32,000 nt of DNA. Source: Thermoanaerobaculia bacterium. GTDB lineage: Bacteria > Acidobacteriota > Thermoanaerobaculia > Multivoradales > UBA5704. How positions within the stretch are numbered: position 1 is the first letter of the stretch; each line of letters starts with the position of its first letter. Under the pieces are notes generated by a model that was given only the letters and a program-made list of their open reading frames with translations, made no database searches and was not told where the DNA came from. This document shows, in pieces, positions 15,301 to 23,962 of the stretch. The stretch is from positions 1-32,000 of the forward strand of contig DATFPH010000324.1 of the NCBI GenBank assembly GCA_035264905.1, in the 5' to 3' direction. The translations under genes and the position numbers were made by a program.

Positions 15301-15691
15301 CGGCCCCGAATGCTTCACCGTGCGAGGGCCGCTCGAAAAGGATGCCCTGCCCTACCGGCTCCAGGTGCACTACTACAGCCGCGGCCCTATGGGCTACGGC
15401 ATGGGCACCGTCCAGATCGTCCGGCACGACGGCAAGGGCGGGCTCACGGTGGAGCCACGGCCGTTCGTGGTGATGGCGGATGATGCGATGGTGGATCTGG
15501 GGAGGGTGGGGAGGATCTCCCTCGGTTGTTTCTGTCAGGAGTGCCTTGACATGAGCTCGGAAATCCCGCAGATTTCCTCGATGCAAACGACGCTGTTCAT
15601 CGAAGATGAAGGATTCCCGGTATTCGAGGTCCCCCCGGATGCCACGCCGATCACCGAAGAGATGGTCCGGCGAGCTCTCGAAGAGAGCTGA
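12320..15691 (+). CDS. Secreted VIT + von Willebrand A + TPR + DUF2135-like multidomain protein
   Basis: Start moved from the ORF-track 11849 to ATG 12320 (GGGAGGA at 12308-12314). This gives the signal peptide MFRTVSLLGLLALAAVGLTSGLAQ. VIT-like FAMKIGDSWQEGEVVERQRARVAYEDFL...NEFSARVFPIPARGRKEIIVSYSH. vWA MIDAS motif VLVDSSAS. TPR-like helices about 14.6-15.0 kb. DUF2135-like LRFVLTWETDANDVDLHIWDRQDNHAYF...GGELYEDVTTGYGPECFTV. Confidence 0.85.
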   Translation: MFRTVSLLGLLALAAVGLTSGLAQDKAGSGSLRPAAAAAPATTVASFTPASFRFSKTTADQPETEPEAPVRLTATDGTGLSLVALEANGVLEPPLAFTELHLTFENPRDQMIEGRFRIALPPGAALSRFAMKIGDSWQEGEVVERQRARVAYEDFLHRRQDPALLEQEAGNEFSARVFPIPARGRKEIIVSYSHGLTRADEPYVIPLLGLSEVGQLDVRVLLGERPAGGFPENTAASNLGGEVRDRRVIELHKRSWTPDRDFEVGQEQVAGRAGLRHDHLAVVRVAPVVESAPQEITGLYVLVDSSASRALGWKAQVRRLTELAGGLRDGAGSATPLGIAAFDQVVVPVFEGTAGGFGAAEVQSLGARRPLGASDLQSALTWLAGRLGEERAQYPRVLLLTDGVATAGETETRALKAAVQALGAQGVERLDVLAVGGLRDDAVLRELTTGNLKHDGQRLDGGAPLTEISRRLTLASRSGIQVAVEGATWVWPETLDGIQPGDQALVYADLPADRPLRLSLAGQPLTLAGELAPAERPLLERSWAQARIERLLHLRDTEHAGDDDLRRALALQVTELSIRHRVLSPYTALLVLETEADYARFGLDRRALADILTVGAGGLDVLARKQSGASGGTRIAVETRQSTKTDFDTFEAPGPEGEPAMPLDVEDGVEGGVEGGVEGGVAGGVVGGVAGGAIAVQATEVPPPPMAVPSPPPPPMARPRPVESDEAPLRVGGNEQPLAETISAETPRRDREEEKRKMVAPYSGRFAEVMEHLAAGRTARARARAEAWSAEEPGDVLALLALGEAWEAVGEKTAAARAYGSLIDLFPSRVDMRRLAGERLERLGEAGRALAIDTYRKAVQDRPDHPSGHRLLAWALLRAGRFAEAFEALETGLEQDYPGGRFLGADRILREDFGLLGAAWLRAEPSRREEVLDRLQAHQARLESEPSLRFVLTWETDANDVDLHIWDRQDNHAYFSQKKLASGGELYEDVTTGYGPECFTVRGPLEKDALPYRLQVHYYSRGPMGYGMGTVQIVRHDGKGGLTVEPRPFVVMADDAMVDLGRVGRISLGCFCQECLDMSSEIPQISSMQTTLFIEDEGFPVFEVPPDATPITEEMVRRALEES

Positions 15692-18150
15692 TGTTTCTTC
15701 TTCCTGATCGCAATCTCTTCCGTACGCTCTGGCTGATTCTCTCCTGCCTCGCGGCGCTCTCGTCGCCCGCCGCCGCGGACCGCCTGTCCGCCGCGGTCGT
15801 GGAGCATCTCGACAACGGCCTGACCGTCATGGTGCTGGAAGATCCCACCCTCCCCCTGGTCAGCACCCAGGTCCTCTACAAGGTAGGCGGCCGGACCGAG
15901 AGCTCCGGCGCGACCGGGCTCGCCCACTTTGTGGAGCACATGGCGTTCCGGGCGACCGAGCGCTTCCCGGATACGGACGTGGTCAGCCGCATCTACGCCG
16001 TGGGCGGCGAGTGGCACGGCTACACCTGGATCGATCAGACCACCTATTTCGAAACGGTCCCGCGCGAGCACTTGGGCCTCGTCCTCGCCATCCAGGCGGA
16101 CCGCATGGCGCGGCTGGTGATTCCGGCGGGGGAGGTCGAGGCGGAACGCAAGGCGGTGCTCACCGAGCTGCACGGTTACGAGAACGATCCGGCGAGCGTG
16201 CTTCATGATGCGGTCGCGGCGGTATCGTTCACGGAGCATCCCTATCGCAACAATGTGATCGGTTGGACCAGGGACGTGGAGCAGATCTCTCACGCCGACA
16301 TCGTGGATTTCTACCGCCGCCACTACCGGCCGGCCAACGCCGTCCTGGCCATCGCGGGCGACGTGCGGGCGACGGAGGTCCTCGATCTCGTCCGCCGCCT
16401 CTTCGGCGGCTTGCCTTCGGCCGAGCCCACGCCGCCGCCCCGGACCATCGAGCCGCCGCAGCTCGGTGAGCGGCGCGTGGAGCTGCGCGGCGCGGGAGCG
16501 CGGAGCCGGTTCGAGATCGCGTACCGCGCCCCGGCCGCGACCGATCCCGAATTCGCGGCGTTCCTTCTCCTTCAGGCCGTTCTCGCGGGCTCGACCGGTG
16601 CCAACTTCCGGCAGGACGGAGACGGTGTGACGGTCCGCCCCGGCTCGCGCCTCCATGAGATCGGAGAGGATCTCGAGACCGTCTTCGCGCCCACGGCCGC
16701 ACCCTACCTGTTCGAGATCGCCGGGACCGCCGATCCGCGGGACTCTCCGGCAGAGATCGAAGCACAGATCGAGGAGCGCATCGCGGCGCTCCGCGAGAGC
16801 CTGATCTCCGCCGAGGAGCTCGAACGTGTGCGGCGGGATCTCGCCGCCGAGCTGGTGCTCGACGTCGAGACGACCGAGGACGCGGCTCATCAGATGGCCT
16901 TTTACGAAGGGATTGGCGCGTTCGACGTCCTCCGGCATCTGCCGGAGCGGATCGCCGCGGTCACCGCCGAGGAACTGCGGCGCACCGCGCTCCGCCGCCT
17001 CCAGCCCTGGCAGCGCACGATCGGCTGGTTCTTCGCCGGAGCCCCACTGATGGCTCCACCGCCACTGCAACCGGCCGCTCCCGCGCCTTCTCCGGCGTCT
17101 TCAGCGGAAACGATCGAGCAGACCGACCGGGAGCCGATCGTCAAGCGGCTGGACAACGGGATCGCCCTCATCGCGCGCCGGGTTCCGCGCATCCCCGCCG
17201 GCCTCCTGCGGGTCGTCGTCCCCGGCAACGGAGATGATCCCGCCTGGCGGCATTCTTCGATCGAGGTTCGCTTCCAACCCGGCGGTCTCGCCCAGGCCGC
17301 CGGTGAAGCCCGCCGGTCGCTCGCTACCGCGGCATCTGAGCCGGCTCCGCCGACCTCGTCGATCGAGGATCCCGAGGCGCGGCTGAACGCCACGCTGCGC
17401 GATCTCCTGGGCGCCTCCGCCGCCCGCGTGCCGCCCGGCGCTCCGACTCCCGTGGTGATCGCCGCCGTCGGCGATCTCGACGAGACTGAGGCGATCCGTC
17501 TCCTGGAGCGGACCTTTCGAGACCTCCCGGCGCGGCGGCCCCTCCCCTCACCAGCCTTGCGGGTGGCAAAGCGTCACGAGATCGTCCACCTGCCCGGCAA
17601 GGCCCAAGCGCAGATCGGCTACGCGGTGCCGGCCCCTCCGCCCTCCGATCCCGCTGCGGACGCCTGGCGCATCCTCCTCTACGTGATGAGCCACGGCTAT
17701 GAAGGCCGTCTCGGCAAGGACCTCATCGCGCGCCGCGGCCTGCTGTACTCCATCGACAGCCGCTATCAATCCGACGGCCGGACCGCCTGGATCTCGATGA
17801 CCACGGGCGTCAATCCGGAGAACCTCGACGCCGCCCGCCAGCGGTTCACCGAGCTGATGGACGCCCTGCGCACCCAAACCCCGACCGCCGCCGAGATCAA
17901 GGAAGCGAAGCAGCACCTCCTGGGCCGGCGCCTCACCGCGCCGATGAGCAACGAAGAGATCTCCGCCTTCTACGCCCAGGACTGGATCGACCACGGCCGC
18001 CTGCTCTCCGACGAAGAGGAAGAGCGGCGCCTCCGCGGAGTGACGCCGGAGGACGTGCTCGCGGTGATCGATCGGTTTTTGGGTGGGGCGAGCGTGATTG
18101 TGGACGTTGCGGCGGCTCGCGCGCTTATGCGCTCGTTGCAATGTTATTGA
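15691..18150 (+). CDS. M16 (pitrilysin/insulinase) family zinc peptidase, fused active + inactive halves
   Basis: 819 aa. The ATG overlaps the upstream stop (TGATG). Signal-like N-terminus LWLILSCLAALSSPAAA. Inverted zinc motif HFVEH (GLAHFVEHMAFRATERFP). The second M16-like half (about aa 480-800) lacks HxxEH. Confidence 0.9.
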   Translation: MFLLPDRNLFRTLWLILSCLAALSSPAAADRLSAAVVEHLDNGLTVMVLEDPTLPLVSTQVLYKVGGRTESSGATGLAHFVEHMAFRATERFPDTDVVSRIYAVGGEWHGYTWIDQTTYFETVPREHLGLVLAIQADRMARLVIPAGEVEAERKAVLTELHGYENDPASVLHDAVAAVSFTEHPYRNNVIGWTRDVEQISHADIVDFYRRHYRPANAVLAIAGDVRATEVLDLVRRLFGGLPSAEPTPPPRTIEPPQLGERRVELRGAGARSRFEIAYRAPAATDPEFAAFLLLQAVLAGSTGANFRQDGDGVTVRPGSRLHEIGEDLETVFAPTAAPYLFEIAGTADPRDSPAEIEAQIEERIAALRESLISAEELERVRRDLAAELVLDVETTEDAAHQMAFYEGIGAFDVLRHLPERIAAVTAEELRRTALRRLQPWQRTIGWFFAGAPLMAPPPLQPAAPAPSPASSAETIEQTDREPIVKRLDNGIALIARRVPRIPAGLLRVVVPGNGDDPAWRHSSIEVRFQPGGLAQAAGEARRSLATAASEPAPPTSSIEDPEARLNATLRDLLGASAARVPPGAPTPVVIAAVGDLDETEAIRLLERTFRDLPARRPLPSPALRVAKRHEIVHLPGKAQAQIGYAVPAPPPSDPAADAWRILLYVMSHGYEGRLGKDLIARRGLLYSIDSRYQSDGRTAWISMTTGVNPENLDAARQRFTELMDALRTQTPTAAEIKEAKQHLLGRRLTAPMSNEEISAFYAQDWIDHGRLLSDEEEERRLRGVTPEDVLAVIDRFLGGASVIVDVAAARALMRSLQCY

Positions 18151-18229
18151 CGGACCTTCGCAACTGGCCTAGGGTGGAACCGATCGACCGGACAGGAGAT
18201 ACATCCTGGCTCGCGTCTGGAGGTGCCCC

Positions 18230-18751
18230 ATGAATGCGAAGCTGTTCTCGCGATATGCGATTCTCACGGCTCTTTGCGCCGTTCTCCTCGTTGGCGTGCC
18301 CCTGATGGCGGAGGACGACGACAAGGGAGAATCGAAGGCCGAGATGGCCCTCAAGAACCGCGCGACGCCCCCCAAGGCAGCGGAGATGGATGCGAACGCC
18401 ACGATCCAGGCGCTGCTCGAGAAGAAGGGGCCGGCGGACTGGTCGAACAAAAAGGGTGCTCGGTTGGAGGGGTACGTCGTTCAGGTCGAGAAAGAAGACG
18501 ACGGCGATGTCCATCTGGTCCTCGCAGCCAAGCCGGGTGAGACGAACACGCAGAGCTGGGTGATCACGGAAGTGCCAGCGGCTTTGCAGAAGAAAAAGTC
18601 CGAGCTTTCGGAAAAGTCCCTGAAATCCCTCGTTGGGCAGTACGTCAGCGTGTCCGGTTGGCTGTACCGGGAGCCCGACGGGGAGCAGGGCGATCCCCGC
18701 GGGACCCTGTGGGAGATCCATCCGGTGACCGAGATCAAGAAACTGGAGTAG
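18230..18751 (+). CDS. Secreted hypothetical protein
   Basis: 173 aa. GGAGG at 18219-18223, 6 nt before the ATG. Signal peptide MNAKLFSRYAILTALCAVLLVGVPLMA. No recognisable domain. Confidence 0.6.
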   Translation: MNAKLFSRYAILTALCAVLLVGVPLMAEDDDKGESKAEMALKNRATPPKAAEMDANATIQALLEKKGPADWSNKKGARLEGYVVQVEKEDDGDVHLVLAAKPGETNTQSWVITEVPAALQKKKSELSEKSLKSLVGQYVSVSGWLYREPDGEQGDPRGTLWEIHPVTEIKKLE

Positions 18752-18768
18752 TCCAGCCGGGCTGGGAC

Positions 18769-21306
18769 CTAAAACTCCAACGAGACCCCCGCCGAGGCGA
18801 AGAATCCGGGCCAGGGCTCCTCCCGGACAATGATCTGCCCGGATTCTTCGTCGAATTCCAGATCGTACCCGGCCACGTTCCTCCGGTTGTACAGGTTCTG
18901 CGCGTCGAGAAACAGGGTCAGCCGCCCGCGGCTGAGCTGCCATCTTCGGCTGACTCTCAGGTCGAGGCGGTGGTACTCAGGGAGCCGCTCGCTGTTGAGT
19001 GGGCCGAGGGCCGGGGCGAGCTCGGGCTCACCGTCGTCTCCTTCGACCTCCCGGACGAAGACCGGCGTTGTCGGCCAGCCGGTGTGGAAGCGCCAGGCGA
19101 GGTTCAGGTCCCACTGATGGCCGAGCTGGACGTTGACGTCGAGGTTCAGCGTGTGGCGCTGGTCGATCTGCCGCGGGATTCTCTTCCCGGCGATCACGTC
19201 GTCGGTCGTGGCATAGCCGTAGTTGACCCACCAGTCGAGCCGGCTGCCGGCCCGTCCCTGGACGAAGAGCTCGACGCCTTCGGCCGTGCCGCTCTCGGGC
19301 TCGATCCGGAAGCGGTCGAGCTCGCCTTCGGGGAAGGGCTCCAGGGGCTCGAAGAGACTTTCGTACCGCGGCCGGGGATCGGTCACGCGCCGCCGGTAGA
19401 TCTCCGCACGCACGGCCAGCGGCGGACGCGACGCCTCACTCCCGAAGAGGTGCTCGACGCCGGCGACCCAGTGCTCCGAGCGCTCCGCCGGGTAGAACCG
19501 GGTGTCGCCATCGCCGACCATCAGCTCATAGGCCCGCTGGCTCTGGTGGTAGTGGCCCCAGCCCACGCGCAGCACGCTGGAGCTTCCTAACCCCCAGGCG
19601 AGATTGGCCCGCGGGCTCCAGTCGCTGTCGCCGGTCAGCGTGTGCCGGTCGTAGCGGGCCCCCAGCTCCAGGGTGAGCGCGTCGGCCGGATGGAAGCGGT
19701 CGGAGAGATAGGCACCGAAGTACTCGTCCTGGAACTCGTCGCGGAGGGTGAAGAGCCCGGCCCGGGGCTCTGCGCGCAGCTCTCGGAACAGGCTCTCGAA
19801 GGCGCGGAAGCTGAAGTAGTCATAGTCGGCGTCGAACCGCCGGAGCTCGAATCCCGACTTGAGGAAGTGCCGCGGGCCGGCCTGGAAGTTCCACGATTGC
19901 AGCAGGCCCGCCACCGCCAGGTCCCTTCCGTCCCGCACCTCGAACTCCTTCTCCTCTTCGTCTTCTGAGCCCCGGCGGTCGCGGTCGATCCGGCTGGTGG
20001 AGAGCGCGGTGTCCACGAAGAGCCGGTCGCTCAGCACCGCCTGGTGGGTGAGCCAGAGATACGAGCTGTCGTATTCCGTGTCCAGCCGCCGGATCTCGCC
20101 GTGCCGCTCCTCGGTAAAACCGAGCCGGTCCGCGGAGTGGAGGCCGTTCGCCCGCACCGACCGTCGCGGGGTCAGCTGATCGTCCACCTTGGCGAACACG
20201 TCCCAGAAGCCGGGATCCTCCTGGCCGAAGATCCGCCCGGCGAGATCGGTGGTGCCGCGGCGGGCGGAGACGAGCCAGCCCAGGCGCTCGCCGAGCTTGC
20301 CGGCGCTCTCCAACTGGGCATCGAGGACGCTCAAGGAGACGCGGAACCGCCTGGGCTGCGACGGGGTGAGCGTCGACATTTCGAGGATCGCTCCCATCCG
20401 GTCGCCGTAGCTCGAGGGGAACGCTCCGGTAGCCAGAACCAGCCGCGCCAGGGCCGACGTGGGCACGATGCTCAAGGCGTTGTCGAAGTCCTTGAGGTGG
20501 TAGGCCTCGTACAGCTCCTGGCCGTCGAGGAGCACCTGCACCTCATCCCGGCGGCCGCCGCGCACGTGGAACTGCGCGGTGACGTCGTTCGCGGTGGTTC
20601 CGGGCAGGAGGCTCACGGCGCGGAAGACGTCACCTCCGAGGTGGGGCAGGCCAAGGATCTCGTCGCGGCTCAGCGCGAGCGGCGCCACCGGCTCCTCGTA
20701 CAGCAGGGAGATGCGGCTGGGTTGGACGGTGATCTCTTCGGTCGTGAGCGGCGCGGGCTGCAGGAGGAACGCGACGTCCACCCCGGAGCCAGGCATCAGA
20801 ACGACGTCCTGGCGCTGATCGATGACGAAGCCCGGCCGGCGTGCCTCCAGAATGTAGGTGCCCGGTTGCAGTCCCTCGATCTCGAAACGGCCTTCGGAGT
20901 CGGTCCTCGTCTCGACCCCGGTTCCGAGGACGCTCACTGAGGCGCCCGGCACCGCGGTCAGAGCCTCGCGGGAGCGGACGAGGCCGCGTAACGTCGGGCG
21001 CACGGGAGGCCGGCGTGCGGGGACGATCACCAGGCTCCCTCCCTGCTGCTCCTCCGCGGTCAGGCCGTGGGGGGCCAGGATTTCGTCGAGGATCGAGCGA
21101 GGATCGGTCGAGACCGGCGCGGCGGCAACCCGCATCTCGGGACGGACCACCCGGCTGCTGAAGACGAGCTTCAGGCCGCGCGCCTGGAGCACCAGGAGCG
21201 CGTCGGTGAGCGGCATTCCCACGGCGAGCTGCTGGGCGCCGGCCGGTGCGCAGACCAGAAGGCACGCGATGATCAGGCTCGCGAAGGATCTCCCGCCGTG
21301 CGGCAT
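18769..21306 (-). CDS. TonB-dependent outer-membrane receptor/transducer with N-terminal STN and CarboxypepD_reg-like domains
   Basis: Signal peptide SFASLIIACLLVCAPAGAQQ. STN-like LTDALLVLQARGLKLVFSS...ILDEILAPHGLTAEEQQGGSLVIVP. CarboxypepD_reg-like LRGLVRS...GASVSVLGTGVETRTDSEGRFEIEGLQPGTYILEARRPGF. Long beta-barrel ending in the aromatic terminus AGVSLEF. Start at ATG 21304-21306; TTG 21333 is the alternative. Confidence 0.85.
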   Translation of the reverse strand: MPHGGRSFASLIIACLLVCAPAGAQQLAVGMPLTDALLVLQARGLKLVFSSRVVRPEMRVAAAPVSTDPRSILDEILAPHGLTAEEQQGGSLVIVPARRPPVRPTLRGLVRSREALTAVPGASVSVLGTGVETRTDSEGRFEIEGLQPGTYILEARRPGFVIDQRQDVVLMPGSGVDVAFLLQPAPLTTEEITVQPSRISLLYEEPVAPLALSRDEILGLPHLGGDVFRAVSLLPGTTANDVTAQFHVRGGRRDEVQVLLDGQELYEAYHLKDFDNALSIVPTSALARLVLATGAFPSSYGDRMGAILEMSTLTPSQPRRFRVSLSVLDAQLESAGKLGERLGWLVSARRGTTDLAGRIFGQEDPGFWDVFAKVDDQLTPRRSVRANGLHSADRLGFTEERHGEIRRLDTEYDSSYLWLTHQAVLSDRLFVDTALSTSRIDRDRRGSEDEEEKEFEVRDGRDLAVAGLLQSWNFQAGPRHFLKSGFELRRFDADYDYFSFRAFESLFRELRAEPRAGLFTLRDEFQDEYFGAYLSDRFHPADALTLELGARYDRHTLTGDSDWSPRANLAWGLGSSSVLRVGWGHYHQSQRAYELMVGDGDTRFYPAERSEHWVAGVEHLFGSEASRPPLAVRAEIYRRRVTDPRPRYESLFEPLEPFPEGELDRFRIEPESGTAEGVELFVQGRAGSRLDWWVNYGYATTDDVIAGKRIPRQIDQRHTLNLDVNVQLGHQWDLNLAWRFHTGWPTTPVFVREVEGDDGEPELAPALGPLNSERLPEYHRLDLRVSRRWQLSRGRLTLFLDAQNLYNRRNVAGYDLEFDEESGQIIVREEPWPGFFASAGVSLEF

Positions 21307-21359
21307 CCAAGGGAGAATAGCAGGCAAACCCAACGGGGTTCCGCAATGCGGGCTGCCAG

Positions 21360-21962
21360 ATGATGAGACTCGAACGGCCGGGGCCGAACCAGGAGGAACG
21401 TGATCTCGTGGGCCGCATGCGGGCCGGGGAGGCGAGTGCGTTCGAGGCGTTTGCCGAACAGTACATTCCGGGGCTGTATCGATTCGCCAGCCGGCGTCTC
21501 GATCAGGACCGGGAGCTGACGCGGGACATCGTGCAGGCCACCGTGTGCAAGGTCATGGAGAACCTCGACAGCTACCGCGGCGAGGCGCCGCTGTTCACCT
21601 GGTTGTGCGCCTGCTGCGGCAATGAGATCGCCATGCACTTCCGGCGCCTCGGCCGGCGTCCAAGGGAGGTCGAGCTGGAGGATGCCGCAGCCGGCGGCAG
21701 CCCGGTCGCCGGACCCGAGGAGCGATTGCTGCGCGTGGAAACGGCCGAGCTCGTGCACGTGACCCTCGACCGGCTGCCGCCGAGCTATGCGCAGGCCATG
21801 GAGTGGAGATACCTGGAGGACCTCGCGGTCCCCGAGATCGCGCGCCGCCTCGAATCGAGCTACAAGGCCACCGAATCTCTGCTCTCGCGAGCCCGGAAGG
21901 CCTTCCGCGAGATCTACGAGCACCTCACGGAAGGTCCGGGCGCCGAGGAGACGGAACCATGA
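21360..21962 (+). CDS. ECF-type sigma-70 family RNA polymerase sigma factor
   Basis: 200 aa. Region-2-like EERDLVGRMRAGEASAFEAFAEQYIPGLYRFASRRL...DIVQATVCKV. Region-4 HTH LPPSYAQAMEWRYLEDLAVPEIARRLESSYKATESLLSRARKAF. Its stop overlaps the next gene's start (ATGA at 21959-21962). Confidence 0.85.
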   Translation: MMRLERPGPNQEERDLVGRMRAGEASAFEAFAEQYIPGLYRFASRRLDQDRELTRDIVQATVCKVMENLDSYRGEAPLFTWLCACCGNEIAMHFRRLGRRPREVELEDAAAGGSPVAGPEERLLRVETAELVHVTLDRLPPSYAQAMEWRYLEDLAVPEIARRLESSYKATESLLSRARKAFREIYEHLTEGPGAEETEP

Positions 21963-23023
21963 GCGAATCGGAGAAGACAGGCGCTCCTGACGAAGACGTG
22001 GTGCGCAGGCTCCTCGAAGAGGCCGGGCCTCGTCCCTCCCTCCCGCAGGACGACCTCGCCGCGATCACGCAGGCGGCGCGCGGGGCATGGTCCCAGCGCT
22101 ATGGCCGCAAGGCCTCGGCGCGGCCGGAACGGTGGTGGGTGGGGCTCGCCGCGGCGGCGGCCCTCGCCATCGCCCTCGGTCTTGTCTGGTGGTCGGCCTG
22201 GTGGTCGAGAACGTCCGAGCCGCCCCTCCCAGCGTCTCCTATCGCATCCATCGAGGTCCTGACGGGAGCCGTCCGGATGCGGGGGGCGGCCGGAGAGAGC
22301 CCGGAGCCCCTGCCTCCGGGCGCCCTCGGGCGGCCCCTGCCTGCCGGATCGGAGCTGGAGACCGGAGAAGGAGTTGGCGGAGCGGGACGCCTCGCCCTCC
22401 GCATGGCCGGGGGTCCGTCGGTGCGGCTCGACGCCGGGACCCGGGTCCGGCTCGTCGCGGCGAATTTGATCGAGCTCGACCGGGGAGCGGTCTACGTCGA
22501 CTCGGGGGCCGAGCCCGGCCGGGGAGAGATGGCGGTGCGGACGCCCGCCGGGCTGTTCCAGGACGTGGGAACCCAGTTCGAGGTGAGGATCGAGCAGCGC
22601 GGAGCGGAGGCTGTGACGCGGCTCCGGGTGAGGGAGGGGCGCGTCGACCTGGAGCGTGGAGGAGGAACCGTCACCACCGGCGCGGGCGAGGAGCTGATCG
22701 TGCGCGGTGACGGCCAGCTCGTCCGGCAACCCGCCGCCGTCTACGGACCGGAGTGGAGCTGGGTTCTCGGAACGACTCCCATGCTCGACATCGAAGGCTT
22801 GAAGGCCCGGGAGTTCCTCGACTGGATCGCCCGCGAGAACGGATGGCGCCTCGACTACGCCGACGAGCAGGCGGCCTCTCTCAGCGGCTCCACCGTGCTG
22901 CACGGCTCGATCGACCACCTGACCCTCGCCGAGGCCCCGGGCGTCGTGCTCGCGAGCTGCGGCCTCGGCCATCGCGTCTCCAGCGGGAGACTGATCGTCT
23001 TCGTCGCGGACGACGCTCAATAG
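21959..23023 (+). CDS. FecR-like anti-sigma factor / transmembrane sensor
   Basis: Start at ATG 21959 (MSESEKTG), coupled to the sigma gene. Single TM helix WWVGLAAAAALAIALGLVWW. FecR-type beta region GAVYVDSGAEPGRGEMAVRTPAGLFQDVGTQFEVRIE. Confidence 0.75.
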   Translation: MSESEKTGAPDEDVVRRLLEEAGPRPSLPQDDLAAITQAARGAWSQRYGRKASARPERWWVGLAAAAALAIALGLVWWSAWWSRTSEPPLPASPIASIEVLTGAVRMRGAAGESPEPLPPGALGRPLPAGSELETGEGVGGAGRLALRMAGGPSVRLDAGTRVRLVAANLIELDRGAVYVDSGAEPGRGEMAVRTPAGLFQDVGTQFEVRIEQRGAEAVTRLRVREGRVDLERGGGTVTTGAGEELIVRGDGQLVRQPAAVYGPEWSWVLGTTPMLDIEGLKAREFLDWIARENGWRLDYADEQAASLSGSTVLHGSIDHLTLAEAPGVVLASCGLGHRVSSGRLIVFVADDAQ

Positions 23024-23137
23024 ACCTCCAACACCCGCGAAGGATCTCCCGCCGCGCGGCATCTCAGAAAGAGAGCAGGCACGACCGATCGGGGTTGTGC
23101 CGTGCGGGTGGAAGCAACGCGAAATGGAGGTGACAGC

Positions 23138-23890
23138 ATGGCCAGAAAGGGTTTTGCAAGCGCTTTTCTCCTGAGTCTCGCTGCGGGGCTGGCCCTCGGG
23201 GGCGGCGCGGTCCAGGCACAGCCGGCGGCCGCGTTCACGGACGACTTCCGGCTGGAAGACTGCACGTTTTCCAACGAAGGGAGGAATCCTTACTTCAGCA
23301 TCGAGCCGGGAGACCGTTTCCGTTTCGAAGGAGACGAGGACGGAGAAGCGGTCGTCCTCCTCATCCGGGTCCTCGACAAAACACGCAACATCAACTTCAT
23401 CACCGAGAGCGGCGCTCATCTGCGGGTCAAGGCGCGCATCGTGGAAGAGCGGGAGTGGGTCGACGGCGAGCTGGCCGAGGTCTCCCGGAACTTCTTCGCC
23501 CGCTGCGAGGAAACGAACGACGTCTTCTACTTCGGAGAAAACGTCGACAACTATGAGGACGGAGAGATCGCCAACCACAACGGGAGCTGGCAGGCCGGTC
23601 GGGCCGGCGCTCTGCCGGGCCTCATCATGCCGGGGACCTTCCTGCTGGGCTCCCGGTACTTCCAGGAGATCGCGCCCGGAGTGGCGCTCGACCGTGGCGA
23701 GAACGTGGCCATGGGGGTCGCGATCGACGTGCCGGCGGGCTCGTTCCACCGGTGCGTTCAGGTCCGCGAAACCAGCCCTCTCGATCCGGGCGCCGAAGAA
23801 ACGAAGAGCTACTGCCCTGGCGTCGGCCTGGTGATCGATGAGGCGCTCGAGCTCGTCTCCTTCCATCTCGACGATGAGGAGGGCGAATGA
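23138..23890 (+). CDS. Secreted hypothetical protein
   Basis: Start moved to ATG 23138 (GGAGG at 23126-23130). Signal peptide MARKGFASAFLLSLAAGLALGGGAVQAQ. No recognisable domain. Confidence 0.6.
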   Translation: MARKGFASAFLLSLAAGLALGGGAVQAQPAAAFTDDFRLEDCTFSNEGRNPYFSIEPGDRFRFEGDEDGEAVVLLIRVLDKTRNINFITESGAHLRVKARIVEEREWVDGELAEVSRNFFARCEETNDVFYFGENVDNYEDGEIANHNGSWQAGRAGALPGLIMPGTFLLGSRYFQEIAPGVALDRGENVAMGVAIDVPAGSFHRCVQVRETSPLDPGAEETKSYCPGVGLVIDEALELVSFHLDDEEGE

Positions 23891-23894
23891 AGAT

Positions 23895-23942
23895 AGAGGG
23901 GTTTCCCCCTCTCCCGGTCGGTGGATGTGCGACGGGAGAGGG
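23895..23942. terminator. Overlapping GC-rich hairpins between convergent genes (possible bidirectional terminator)
   Basis: agagggg/cccctct (23895-23912). Alternative 10-bp stem ccctctcccg (23907-23916) / cgggagaggg (23933-23942). Lies between the stop at 23890 (+) and the stop at 23963 (-). No clear U-tracts. Confidence 0.35.
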
Positions 23943-23962
23943 GGACAGGGGAGAGGTCTTCG

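Noticed and set aside
12563-15586. 1007-aa minus-strand ORF antisense to the VIT-vWA gene. Similar long shadow ORFs: 28730..31678(-), 15535..17070(-), 21914..23866(-), 319..1707(+), 2432..3796(+), 24248..25486(+), 18658..19590(+), 20044..20940(+), 26660..27721(+).
   Set aside because: They overlap genes with clear domain signatures. Their translations are low-complexity and rich in R, P, G and A, with no motifs. Long stop-free antisense or off-frame ORFs are expected in DNA of about 70% GC.
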